Shown one piece after another: positions 44,400 to 53,779 of a stretch of 64,000 nucleotides of DNA; position 1 is the first letter of the stretch, and every line of letters begins with the position of its first letter. The stretch is from Ruminococcus sp. (GTDB lineage Bacteria; Bacillota; Clostridia; Oscillospirales; Ruminococcaceae), in NCBI GenBank assembly GCA_017484095.1, contig JAFUTU010000008.1, forward strand, positions 19,271 through 83,270, written 5' to 3'. A program made the position numbers and the translations under genes. The notes beneath the pieces were generated by a model that saw only the letters and a list, made by a program, of their open reading frames with translations, was not told the origin of the DNA and did not search any database.

Positions 44400-47105
44400 A
44401 TGTTAGATATATTTCTTTTCAGCTCCGATCCCGATGCTATGCGTCAGCAGATAGCTTCGCTTTCAGCTTCGGAGAGCTTTTCTGACAACAGCATAACTGT
44501 ACATTGTATGGATCACACGGGCTCTTTCGGCGTTAAGGATGAATATGCAGGAAGAAACGGCGGAGTTATCTATTATGACGTTTCTGACCTTTCAGAGCCT
44601 GAGGCCTATAATTTTGCACTTGATAAGGCATCGGGAGATCATATAATGCTTGTGAGCGATGACGGTGTAATACCTCCTGATTCTATCGACAGAGCTGTGA
44701 AAACAATTGGCAAGGATAAGATAATATCTCTTGATCCTTATTGCAAAGATGAAAACGGCGTATCTCAGTCATCTCTGACATTCAAGATGACCTTTGACAA
44801 AAAGCACCGCTTTTACGTTGATCTTTCCTTGTTTCCCGAAAGGTTCCATATATGCTTTTCAGCATATATTTTCAAGCGCTCTTTGTTTGAAGGGAAGCGC
44901 TTTGATGAGAAGCTCCCTCTCGACTCTGATATGAAGCTCCTTGTCAGCCTCCTTGATGATAACGGCGGCTATCTTCTTCTGGACAAGCCCTATAACTGCG
45001 GTCATCCTAATGAGAGAGACTTTTTCAATTACCCTCCCCAGTTTGATAAATGCTGGTATGAGGAGTCAATGGACGGCTTCCTTATAGACGCTGTTAAGCA
45101 GGACAGCTCGCGGTTCGTAAAGCATTTCGTGCTGTATCTTATCTGCTGCCGATATGCCTGCAATATGAACGAGAGAGACAAAAGCATACTCTCTCCCGAT
45201 GAGGCGCAGCAGTTTTTTGATAAAACAGGAAAAGCGCTTCAGAATATCGACGATGTGACCATTTCAAGCTGTCACCTGTTGAACGGCAAGGGCATAATCC
45301 CGAGGTTTTTTGTTCTTAATCTCCTCAGGCTCAAATACAATGATTATGATCTTATGCCGTCTATAACCTCTACAGAAGCAGAGATAGCAGCTCATTATAA
45401 GGGTTGCCAGCTGTGGACTCTGGGCTCGTCAAAGCTTGAGTTCAAAGTAATGTATTTTGACGGCGAAAATCTCGTGATGGACGGCTTTTTCCCCGGCAGC
45501 TATGTGTTCATGGATGATGAGATCGAGGTGATCGCAGTTCTCGACCAGAGCAAGCAGCATCCGGTAACAAGAACGCATATCTATGCGCTCAATAAGTTTT
45601 TCAATGTGTCTGCCAAGGGTAACTATACCTTCCGCTTTATGATACCCGAGCAGGAGCTCAGAAAGCATAAGACTTTCTCCTTCTGGCTAAAATATAAGGG
45701 AAGGAATTATCCTCTCGCTGTCACACTCATCAGGGCTGAGTCGAAAATAAGCATGGTGAAGGACTCATACTGGATATGCGGACAGTCGATAATCACCCTT
45801 GATAATGTGATGAGATGCTTTGTTGTTGAGAGCCTGACAAGAAAAAGGCATTTCAGGCATGAGATGCGCTTCATCAGGTCGATCTCAGCTGCAACATCCG
45901 GTATGTGGAAGATAAAAATGGTAGGCAACAGACTTCTTTACTGGGTGACAAAGCCGTTTTACAAAAAGAAGATCTGGCTCACTATGGATAAGATATTCAA
46001 AGCAGGTGACAACGGCGAGTATTTCTATCGCTATGTAAAGTCACGCGCACCTGAGGGAATAAAGATATACTATGTAGTTCAGCATGATTCTCCCGATTAT
46101 GAGAGACTGAAGTCAGAATTCAACACTATCGTTAAGTTCAATTCTGTAAAGCATAAGATGCTCGCTCTCCATACCGACCTTATGCTTGCTACCCATGTTG
46201 ATACTATGAACTGCAACGGCTATTACGCTGCGACCCAGAAGTATTTCAAAGACCTCTATAACGCAAGGGTTGTTTGCCTTGCTCACGGTCTGACGATACA
46301 GAAAATAGCTCAGTATCAGAACAGAACGTTTGATAATACAGTGCTGTACTTCTTTGCCTCAAAATATGAGATCAAAAACGTGAGCCATGAGGTCTATGAC
46401 TACTATGACAAGAGTATGCTCTGCCTTACCGGTCACGCAAGATATGATGGTCTTGTCTCAAAAGACAAGAAAATGATACTCATAACCCCAACATGGCGCA
46501 GAGGCACCACCACAGGCAAGGCAAAAAAAGGATCTACCTATGCCCATAGCTCCAGCTTTATCCACAGTGATTATTATAAGATTTATAACGGCCTTATCAA
46601 TGATGAAAGACTTATAAAGACAGCTAAGGAGCATGGCTACAGGATCGTATATCTGCTCCACCCTGCAATGAGCTCTCAGCTTGTTGACTTTGAGAAGAGT
46701 GACGGTGTCGATATCATTGCGGCGGCAGGTGATATGAGCTATGAAAAGATACTGACTGAATCCAGCCTTATGGTGACCGACTATTCGGGCGTGCAGTTCG
46801 ATTTTGCATATATGAAAAAGCCGCTCGTTTATTATCATCCCGATGTTCTTCCTCCTCAGTATGAGGCAGGCGGCCTTGAATATGAGACTATGGGCTTCGG
46901 TCCTATCTGCCGCAACCATGAGCAGATAGTTTCCGAGCTTTGTGAGTACATCGAAAACGGCTGTAAGATGAAGGATATGTACAAAGAAAGAGTAGATGAC
47001 TTCTTTGAGTATTCTGACCATGATAACTGTGCCCGTATATATGATGAGGTCATGGAGTTCCAGTCTCGTTTCGATAAGGTGAATACGGACAAATATGATA
47101 AGTAG
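44400..47105 (+). CDS. GT2-like domain fused to a CDP-alditol/glycerol phosphotransferase (TagF/TarL family)
   Basis: 901 aa. The N-terminus is glycosyltransferase-2-like (IMLVSDDG). The C-terminal ~400 aa are TagF-like (ITPTWR, DYSGVQFDFAYMKKPLVYYHPD). Confidence 0.8.
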   Translation: MLDIFLFSSDPDAMRQQIASLSASESFSDNSITVHCMDHTGSFGVKDEYAGRNGGVIYYDVSDLSEPEAYNFALDKASGDHIMLVSDDGVIPPDSIDRAVKTIGKDKIISLDPYCKDENGVSQSSLTFKMTFDKKHRFYVDLSLFPERFHICFSAYIFKRSLFEGKRFDEKLPLDSDMKLLVSLLDDNGGYLLLDKPYNCGHPNERDFFNYPPQFDKCWYEESMDGFLIDAVKQDSSRFVKHFVLYLICCRYACNMNERDKSILSPDEAQQFFDKTGKALQNIDDVTISSCHLLNGKGIIPRFFVLNLLRLKYNDYDLMPSITSTEAEIAAHYKGCQLWTLGSSKLEFKVMYFDGENLVMDGFFPGSYVFMDDEIEVIAVLDQSKQHPVTRTHIYALNKFFNVSAKGNYTFRFMIPEQELRKHKTFSFWLKYKGRNYPLAVTLIRAESKISMVKDSYWICGQSIITLDNVMRCFVVESLTRKRHFRHEMRFIRSISAATSGMWKIKMVGNRLLYWVTKPFYKKKIWLTMDKIFKAGDNGEYFYRYVKSRAPEGIKIYYVVQHDSPDYERLKSEFNTIVKFNSVKHKMLALHTDLMLATHVDTMNCNGYYAATQKYFKDLYNARVVCLAHGLTIQKIAQYQNRTFDNTVLYFFASKYEIKNVSHEVYDYYDKSMLCLTGHARYDGLVSKDKKMILITPTWRRGTTTGKAKKGSTYAHSSSFIHSDYYKIYNGLINDERLIKTAKEHGYRIVYLLHPAMSSQLVDFEKSDGVDIIAAAGDMSYEKILTESSLMVTDYSGVQFDFAYMKKPLVYYHPDVLPPQYEAGGLEYETMGFGPICRNHEQIVSELCEYIENGCKMKDMYKERVDDFFEYSDHDNCARIYDEVMEFQSRFDKVNTDKYDK

Positions 47106-47129
47106 TTTTTTTATAACGGAGGTACTGAA

Positions 47130-47882
47130 ATGAACATTGCTGTTATTTTTGCAGGAGGTGTCGGCGTAAGAATGGGCGCAGGCGTTCCGAAGCAGTTTCT
47201 TGAGATAAACGGAAAGCCTGTAATAGTTCATACGCTTGAGCTTTTTGAAAACCATCAGGAGATAGACAGGATATATATTTCTATGCTTGAGGATTATATC
47301 CCATATATGTGGAAGCTGGTCTCAAAGTTTATGCTCTCAAAGGTCATTGATATAATACCGGGCGGTGAAACGGGTCAGGATTCTATCTATAACGGCCTGA
47401 AAAGAGCACAGCAGGATAATCCTGATGATTCTGTAGTTCTTATCCATGACGGTGTTCGCCCTTGGGTAACATACGACACTATCTCCAGAAATATTCAGGG
47501 CGTCAAGGATAAGGGCAATGCGATAACCTGCACTCCTTGCTATGAGACTATCCTTATGAGCACAACAGGCAAGACCGTTGAGACCGTCCCGTACAGAAAG
47601 GACACCTATGCTGCTCAGGCACCTCAGAGCTTCCGTCTCGGTGAGATAATCGCTGACCACGACATTGTAAGGCAGCGTGAGACCAAGTACGATAATCTCG
47701 TTGATTCGTGTACACTGATAAAAAGCGTAGGCAAAGAAGCTTATATGGTCGAGGGCAACCGCGGAAACATAAAGGTAACTACCCCTGAGGACGTTTATAT
47801 GTACCGTGCTCTTATCCAGTACAGAGAAAATGAGCAGGCCTTCGGTATAGGCGCAACACCTCACCTGCCGAGTCTGAAATAG
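47130..47882 (+). CDS. tarI: IspD/TarI-family cytidylyltransferase (probably alditol-phosphate, e.g. ribitol-5-P)
   Basis: IFAGGVGVRMG...PKQFLEINGKP N-terminus. The teichoic-type cluster context argues for TarI rather than MEP-pathway IspD. Confidence 0.75.
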   Translation: MNIAVIFAGGVGVRMGAGVPKQFLEINGKPVIVHTLELFENHQEIDRIYISMLEDYIPYMWKLVSKFMLSKVIDIIPGGETGQDSIYNGLKRAQQDNPDDSVVLIHDGVRPWVTYDTISRNIQGVKDKGNAITCTPCYETILMSTTGKTVETVPYRKDTYAAQAPQSFRLGEIIADHDIVRQRETKYDNLVDSCTLIKSVGKEAYMVEGNRGNIKVTTPEDVYMYRALIQYRENEQAFGIGATPHLPSLK

Positions 47883-47892
47883 GAGTTAATGT

Positions 47893-48975
47893 ATGAGCTT
47901 GTTTGGTTACGCATCTAAGGAATATCAAGACGAAAAGGGAAGAGAGTTCTTTTTTGACAACGCTAAGTTCATCCTGATCCTTCTAGTAGTTCTGGCTCAC
48001 GCAACTTCGCCGCTGAAAACCGTCGGCTCGACCGATATGAAGGGCATTAAGACAATATGGACGATAATCAATACCCTCCATATGCCTTGTCTGATCTTTA
48101 TTTCGGGCTATTTTGCAAAGGGCTATATCAGAAACGGAGTTGTCAAGACCAGAAGACTTATCACTTATGTAGTTTATTATCTGGCAGCACAGCTGTTCGT
48201 ATCTCTGTTTGAGTATTACGTTCTGGGCTATTCCGCAACTATGGCGCGCAGTGTTTTTGCACCGAGGTCATCTCTGTGGTATTTGATGTGCCTTATCTGG
48301 TGGTTTGGCTTCCTGCCATATATCTATAAGCTGAAGCCTGCTTTTATAATACCCGCATCAGTTATCGTTGCTCTTATAATAGGCTATGACACAAAGGCGT
48401 GCGATTTTCTGAGCGTTGCAAGAATGGTCAATCATTTTCCGTTCTTTATAATAGGCTATCATTTCAAAAAAGAATGGCTCTTCAAATTCAGAAAGCTGCC
48501 CGTTCAGCTTGCGATGCTTGCAGTATCGTTCGGTATCTCTGTGTGGGCATATTTCAACATTTCAGATATTCCATCAAGGATAATCACCAGCAATTTCAAT
48601 TATTATGAGTCTAACCTGCAATACCTTGATGCAGAACCTATAATGTTCCTTAACAGGCTTATCTTCTATATTATAGCAGGTATCTTCTGCTTTACGTTCC
48701 TGTTGTGGGTGCCAAGAGGAAAAGCTTTCTTTACCCGCTTTGGTTCAAGGACCCTGCAGGTGTATATCCTGCACAGATTCCTGTATCTTGCTGAGCTTGA
48801 ATACCAGTGGTATAAGCCTTTTCTCGGCACAAGATCAGGTTATATCGAGATGTGCCTTATAGCTGTGGCTATCACACTTATCCTGTCATTAAAGCCTTTT
48901 GAATATCCGTTCAAATGGCTCTCAAAGATAAATCTAAAACGGTTTGAGCGATCTGAAGAAGAGATAAAAGTATAA
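47893..48975 (+). CDS. acyltransferase family 3 membrane O-acyltransferase
   Basis: 360 aa, about 10 TM helices, with the N-terminal FFDNAKFILILLVVLAH motif. Confidence 0.8.
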   Translation: MSLFGYASKEYQDEKGREFFFDNAKFILILLVVLAHATSPLKTVGSTDMKGIKTIWTIINTLHMPCLIFISGYFAKGYIRNGVVKTRRLITYVVYYLAAQLFVSLFEYYVLGYSATMARSVFAPRSSLWYLMCLIWWFGFLPYIYKLKPAFIIPASVIVALIIGYDTKACDFLSVARMVNHFPFFIIGYHFKKEWLFKFRKLPVQLAMLAVSFGISVWAYFNISDIPSRIITSNFNYYESNLQYLDAEPIMFLNRLIFYIIAGIFCFTFLLWVPRGKAFFTRFGSRTLQVYILHRFLYLAELEYQWYKPFLGTRSGYIEMCLIAVAITLILSLKPFEYPFKWLSKINLKRFERSEEEIKV

Positions 48976-48989
48976 TATCGGAGGTAACT

Positions 48990-50066
48990 ATGAAAGTTTC
49001 GGACAATCCTTATTTTCAGCAGGACGTTGAAGCAGCAGCTTCAAATACCGCACCCGATTGGGACGCTTTTCGCGGAAAGAATATTTTGGTCACGGGCTCA
49101 ACTGGTCTGCTGGGCACGCAGATAGTGCTTACACTTCTTATGGCAAACGAGAACAGGTCACTCGGTCTGACTGTGTATGCCCTTGTCAGAAGTGAAGAGA
49201 AGGCACAGCGTGTATTCGGTAAAGTACTCTGTGACAGCCTTGTATTTATCAAGGGCGATATTATGCAGCCTATAAATACTGATGCAAAAATTGACTTTAT
49301 TATCCATGCTGCAAATCCTACCAGCTCAAAATTCTTTGTTGAGAACCCGGTCGAGACTATAACGACAACAGTATGCGGTACAAGAAAGCTTTTGCAGTTC
49401 GCATATGAGAAAAAAGCCGAGTCTGTAGTGTTCCTGTCATCTCTTGAGGTCTACGGCATACCTCAGAACGAGAGCGGCATTGTCACTGAGAAGGACAGCG
49501 GCTATATTGATCCTATGAGTGTTCGCAGCAGCTATTCTGAGGGTAAGCGTATGGCAGAGACTCTCTGTGTGTCATATGCGTCGGAATACGGCGTCCCCGT
49601 AAAGGTTGCGAGACTTTGCCAGTCGCTCGGATCGGGAGTTGATTATAATGACGGCCGTGTTTTCGCTCAGTTCGCAAGAGCAGCTATCGAGGGCACTGAT
49701 ATCGTGCTCAAAACTGACGGCTCCACCGAGAGAAACTACTCTTACATCAGTGATGCTGTTGCAGGTATCCTCACGGTTCTTACTAAAGGCGAGACTGCTC
49801 AGGCATATAATATTGCCAATGAAGCAGCCGGCATTACAATAAGAAATCTTGCCCAGCTTTACTGTGATATGTTCTCTGACGGCAGATCAAAGGTAGTTTT
49901 TGATATCGCAGAAGATGCCACTAAGCTTGGCTATAACCCCAAAATGAAGATACTTCTTGACACTTCCAAGCTCAGAGCACTTGGCTGGGAGCCCCGTGTA
50001 GGTCTGGAGGAGATCTTTGGCAGACTGGTCAAGAGTATGAAATACGATAAGCAGGCAGCTGAGTAA
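48990..50066 (+). CDS. NAD(P)-dependent epimerase/dehydratase-family SDR
   Basis: VTGSTGLLGTQ Rossmann motif and YSEGKRMAE (YxxxK). Confidence 0.85.
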   Translation: MKVSDNPYFQQDVEAAASNTAPDWDAFRGKNILVTGSTGLLGTQIVLTLLMANENRSLGLTVYALVRSEEKAQRVFGKVLCDSLVFIKGDIMQPINTDAKIDFIIHAANPTSSKFFVENPVETITTTVCGTRKLLQFAYEKKAESVVFLSSLEVYGIPQNESGIVTEKDSGYIDPMSVRSSYSEGKRMAETLCVSYASEYGVPVKVARLCQSLGSGVDYNDGRVFAQFARAAIEGTDIVLKTDGSTERNYSYISDAVAGILTVLTKGETAQAYNIANEAAGITIRNLAQLYCDMFSDGRSKVVFDIAEDATKLGYNPKMKILLDTSKLRALGWEPRVGLEEIFGRLVKSMKYDKQAAE

Positions 50067-51181
50067 TGAAACTGAAAACGATCGTCAGGCAGGAGCTTAA
50101 ATACATACTGCACAGGTATATCCTGCCGATAGTTTATAATAAATACAGAAAGCAGCCCTTGCAGAAGGGTAAGGTCATCTTCGCTGATTCAAACTCTGAT
50201 ACCTTGCCTGAAAGTATGAGACTAGTATATGAGCGCCTTAGCGAAAGAGATGACCTCGATATCAGGCTCTGCCTTAGTGATATCAGAAAGCTTGGCATTA
50301 AAGGAAAGCTCAGTTTTATCCTTTCCTTTATGCGTGAATATGCAACTGCTGAATACGTATTTATCTGCAATTATTTTCTGCCTGTCACTTCATGCTGTAA
50401 AAGAAAGGGCACAAGGGTAGTGCAGCTCTGGCATTCGTGCGGACTTCTGAAAAAGTTCGCTTATGATACCCCTGATGACATTTCCCCGTATTACCGCGGT
50501 GATGTAACAAAAAACATCTCGATGATAACAGTAAGCTCGCCTGCCGTAAAAACAGTTTTTGAAAACGCTTATCGTCTTGAAGGCGTAAAGAGAAAAATGG
50601 TAAGGGCAGTCGGTGTCAGCAGAACAGATGTGTTCTTCGATGAAAAGTATCAGGAAGGCTGCCGTCAAAATTTGTTTGAACGTTACCCAGAATTTAAAGG
50701 CAAGAAGATAGTCCTTTACGCTCCAACGTTCAGAGGTACTGCGGCTGCACCTGAACTTGTCGGGGAGCAGAGCGTTATCTCCTTGCAGCAAAAGCTGGGA
50801 GATGACTGGGCAGTTATAATCAAGCCGCACCCGCATATCAGGGACGTAAGCTCAAACTGTGATATTCCGACCTCTGAGCTCTTTGCGGCTGCCGATGTTC
50901 TTATCAGTGATTATTCGTCGCTTATTTTTGAATATGCGCTGCTGAAAAAGCCTTTTGTGCTTTATATGCCCGATCATGAAGATTATATCAAAGAGCGCGG
51001 TTTTTATGTTTCTCCTGAGACTTTCCCCTGTGAGATCGTAAAAAACGGCGATGAGCTTAAAGAAAGCGTTCTTCGTGCCTATGGAAGAAAGCCTGACGCT
51101 GCCTATGATGAATTCTTGAAATATCATATGGGCTCCTGTGACGGCCATTCCACCGACAGGATACTGAAAATAGTAAAATAA
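50066..51181 (+). CDS. CDP-glycerol/alditol phosphotransferase (TagB/TagF family)
   Basis: 371 aa with YAPTFRG and DYSSLIFEYALLKKPFVLYMPD. Its start overlaps the SDR stop (TAATG). Confidence 0.8.
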   Translation: MKLKTIVRQELKYILHRYILPIVYNKYRKQPLQKGKVIFADSNSDTLPESMRLVYERLSERDDLDIRLCLSDIRKLGIKGKLSFILSFMREYATAEYVFICNYFLPVTSCCKRKGTRVVQLWHSCGLLKKFAYDTPDDISPYYRGDVTKNISMITVSSPAVKTVFENAYRLEGVKRKMVRAVGVSRTDVFFDEKYQEGCRQNLFERYPEFKGKKIVLYAPTFRGTAAAPELVGEQSVISLQQKLGDDWAVIIKPHPHIRDVSSNCDIPTSELFAAADVLISDYSSLIFEYALLKKPFVLYMPDHEDYIKERGFYVSPETFPCEIVKNGDELKESVLRAYGRKPDAAYDEFLKYHMGSCDGHSTDRILKIVK

Positions 51182-51219
51182 ATACGTCCCTCTGCTCTTT
51201 GATGAGCGGAGGGACGTAT
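51182..51219. terminator. stem-loop between the convergent glycopolymer cluster and purA
   Basis: 16-bp inverted repeat ATACGTCCCTCTGCTC / GAGCGGAGGGACGTAT (one G-U position). U-rich on the purA (-) side. Confidence 0.65.
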
Positions 51220-51237
51220 CATTATGTTATTATATTA

Positions 51238-52530
51238 TTACTTTTTGAGCTTGCTCTTTCTGTAGATTATGTCCTCTCTCTTAGGTCCGTTTGAAACCAT
51301 AGTGATCGGGAAGCCTATCTGCTCCTCAACAAAATCTATGTAAGCCTTGCAGTTCTCAGGAAGATCTTCATAATTCCTGATACCGCGAATATCGCTCTTC
51401 CAGCCGTCAAGTACCTTAAGTACTGGCTTAGCTTTTTCAAGTCTGCTGGTAGTCGGGAAGTCCTTCGTTACCTCGCCGTCTATCTCATATCCTACACATA
51501 CAGGTATTTTGTCAAGGTATCCCAGTACATCAAGCACTGTGAAAGCAACATCAGTTGTTCCCTGAATACGGCAGCCGTACCTTGTAGCTACACAGTCGAA
51601 CCAGCCCATTCTTCTCGGTCTTCCGGTAGTAGCGCCGTATTCGCCGCCGTCACCGCCGCGCTTTCTGAGCTCGTCAGCCTCATCGCCGAAGATCTCAGAT
51701 ACGAATGCACCTGCACCAACTGCGGAAGAGTACGCCTTTACAACAGTCACTATAGTTTTTATCTCATAAGGCGGAAGCCCCGCACCGATAGCGCCGTATG
51801 CCGCAAGAGTTGACGAAGATGTTACCATAGGATAGATTCCGTGGTCGGGATCCTTCAGTGAACCGAGCTGTCCTTCAAGCAGAATGTTCTTACCGAGCTT
51901 TACGGCATTCCAGAGGTAAGCCGATACATCACAAACGTAAGGCTCCACCATTTTTCTGTATTCCATAAGAGTGTCAAAAAGCTCGTTTTCATCAATTGCA
52001 GGCTTGTTGTAAAGGTGCTCGAGCAGAATGTTCTTTGTTTCAAGAACTCTGTGTATCTTTACTTTAAGAGCTTCCTCGTCAAACAGCTCCTGCACCTGGA
52101 AACCGATCTTAGCATACTTATCGGAATAAAACGGTGCGATACCGCTTTTAGTTGAGCCGAAGCTTGCCTTTCCGAGTCTCTCCTCTTCATACTGATCGAA
52201 CAGTACATGATAAGGCATAACTATCTGTGCTCTGTCTGAAATAAGTATCTTCGGCATCGGAACGCCCTTTGAGGTAACGTCCTGAAGCTCCTTGAAAAAT
52301 ACAGGGATATTGAAAGCAACACCATTGCCTATGATGTTTGTGGTGTGGTCATAGAATACACCTGAAGGCAGTGTGTGAAGTGCAAATTTTCCGTAGTGGT
52401 TTACAATGGTGTGTCCAGCGTTTGCGCCGCCCTGAAACCTGATAACAATATCAGATTCCTGTGCCATCATGTCTGTAAGCTTGCCCTTGCCTTCATCGCC
52501 CCAGTTAGCGCCAACGATCGCTCTAACCAT
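51238..52530 (-). CDS. purA: adenylosuccinate synthetase
   Basis: Motifs GDEGKGK, GGANAGHT and TTGRPRR. Start placed at the second ATG (52530), 8 nt after GGAGG; the track ATG 52536 is only 2 nt from the RBS. Confidence 0.93.
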   Translation of the reverse strand: MVRAIVGANWGDEGKGKLTDMMAQESDIVIRFQGGANAGHTIVNHYGKFALHTLPSGVFYDHTTNIIGNGVAFNIPVFFKELQDVTSKGVPMPKILISDRAQIVMPYHVLFDQYEEERLGKASFGSTKSGIAPFYSDKYAKIGFQVQELFDEEALKVKIHRVLETKNILLEHLYNKPAIDENELFDTLMEYRKMVEPYVCDVSAYLWNAVKLGKNILLEGQLGSLKDPDHGIYPMVTSSSTLAAYGAIGAGLPPYEIKTIVTVVKAYSSAVGAGAFVSEIFGDEADELRKRGGDGGEYGATTGRPRRMGWFDCVATRYGCRIQGTTDVAFTVLDVLGYLDKIPVCVGYEIDGEVTKDFPTTSRLEKAKPVLKVLDGWKSDIRGIRNYEDLPENCKAYIDFVEEQIGFPITMVSNGPKREDIIYRKSKLKK

Positions 52531-52713
52531 TAACATTTCCTCCTTAGATAGAAACGGATATATTCTTCCGTTGATTTACTCTTGCAAAGCATTAAAGCTC
52601 GCAATGAACAATTACAATTAATTATATCACAATTTATTCTCGCTGTAAATATATTTTTCGATAATTAACATATTTGTAATATTTCACCTTTTCCAATCAA
52701 GCAGGATAGGTAC

Positions 52714-52742
52714 TTTACTTTTGGATAAATATATGCTATAAT
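52714..52742 (+). promoter_or_regulatory. promoter of the moxR-DUF58-transglutaminase operon
   Basis: TTTACT, 17 nt, TATAAT, with an extended -10 TGC. It is followed by a 9-bp leader hairpin TTTTGTAGT...ACTACAAAA. Confidence 0.45.
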
Positions 52743-52795
52743 CATTTTGTAGTGCTTTGGAGACTACAAAATACCAAAAACAAGGAGATAATAAA

Positions 52796-53764
52796 ATGAA
52801 CAGTCAGCTAACACAGGAACAGTTAAAGGTACTGACTCTCACAAAGAGCGTTATCAACGAGGTGAAAAAAGTTATCATAGGCAAGGACGAGATAATTATA
52901 AAAGTCCTGCTTTCGATACTTGCAGGAGGACATATCCTCATAGAGGATATACCCGGAGTCGGCAAGACTACTCTTGCTGTGGCGCTTTCAAAGGCGCTGT
53001 CTTTAGAATACAAGAGAATGCAGTTCACACCTGATGTGCTGCCTACCGACGTTACAGGATTTACTATCCTTAACAAGAACACAGGAAAGTTTGAGTACAA
53101 GCAGGGTGCTGCACTGACAAATCTTTTCCTTGCGGACGAAATAAACCGTACATCTTCAAAAACGCAGTCTGCTCTGCTTGAGGTAATGGAGGAGGGCAAG
53201 GTAACTGTAGACGGTACAACTCATACTGCTCCCGATCCGTACATTGTTATAGCAACACAGAACCCTGTCGGCTCTGTCGGAACACAGATGCTGCCGGAAT
53301 CTCAGATGGACAGATTTATTGTAAGGCTCACAATGGGTTACCCAAGCCTTGAAAACGAGATAACTGTGCTCAAATCAAAGCAGAACCTTGTGCCTGTTGA
53401 CAATGTGCGTGCTGTGGTCACGGCTCAGGACATAATAGCTGCAAGAAATGAAGTTGATAATGTATATGTTTCGGATCAGATATTCCGTTATATAGCTATG
53501 CTTTCAGATGCTACAAGAAACAATGAGTATATAAAGCTGGGTCTCTCACCTAGAGGCACTATAGCTCTTCTTCGTATGACAAAGGCAACAGCGCTTCTCA
53601 GGGGAAGAGACTATGTTATTCCCGATGATGTGCTTTACTGTATGGACGATGTGGTGCTTCACAGGATAATACTCAGTTCAAAGGCCAAGATAAACAGCAT
53701 TTCAGGTTCCCAGATACTGAAAAACATAACCGCTTCTGTTCAGATACCAAGAATAAGCAAATAA
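52796..53764 (+). CDS. MoxR-family AAA+ ATPase
   Basis: ATG 52796 follows AAGGAG. Walker A IEDIPGVGKT, Walker B LFLADEINR, and the typical ~320-aa MoxR length. Confidence 0.9.
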   Translation: MNSQLTQEQLKVLTLTKSVINEVKKVIIGKDEIIIKVLLSILAGGHILIEDIPGVGKTTLAVALSKALSLEYKRMQFTPDVLPTDVTGFTILNKNTGKFEYKQGAALTNLFLADEINRTSSKTQSALLEVMEEGKVTVDGTTHTAPDPYIVIATQNPVGSVGTQMLPESQMDRFIVRLTMGYPSLENEITVLKSKQNLVPVDNVRAVVTAQDIIAARNEVDNVYVSDQIFRYIAMLSDATRNNEYIKLGLSPRGTIALLRMTKATALLRGRDYVIPDDVLYCMDDVVLHRIILSSKAKINSISGSQILKNITASVQIPRISK

Positions 53765-53779
53765 CGAAAGGACAAAAAG

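Noticed and set aside
46458-47255. 265-aa minus-strand ORF spanning the TagF-fusion/tarI junction
   Set aside because: It is antisense to two genes with clear family motifs, and has neither an RBS nor recognisable features.
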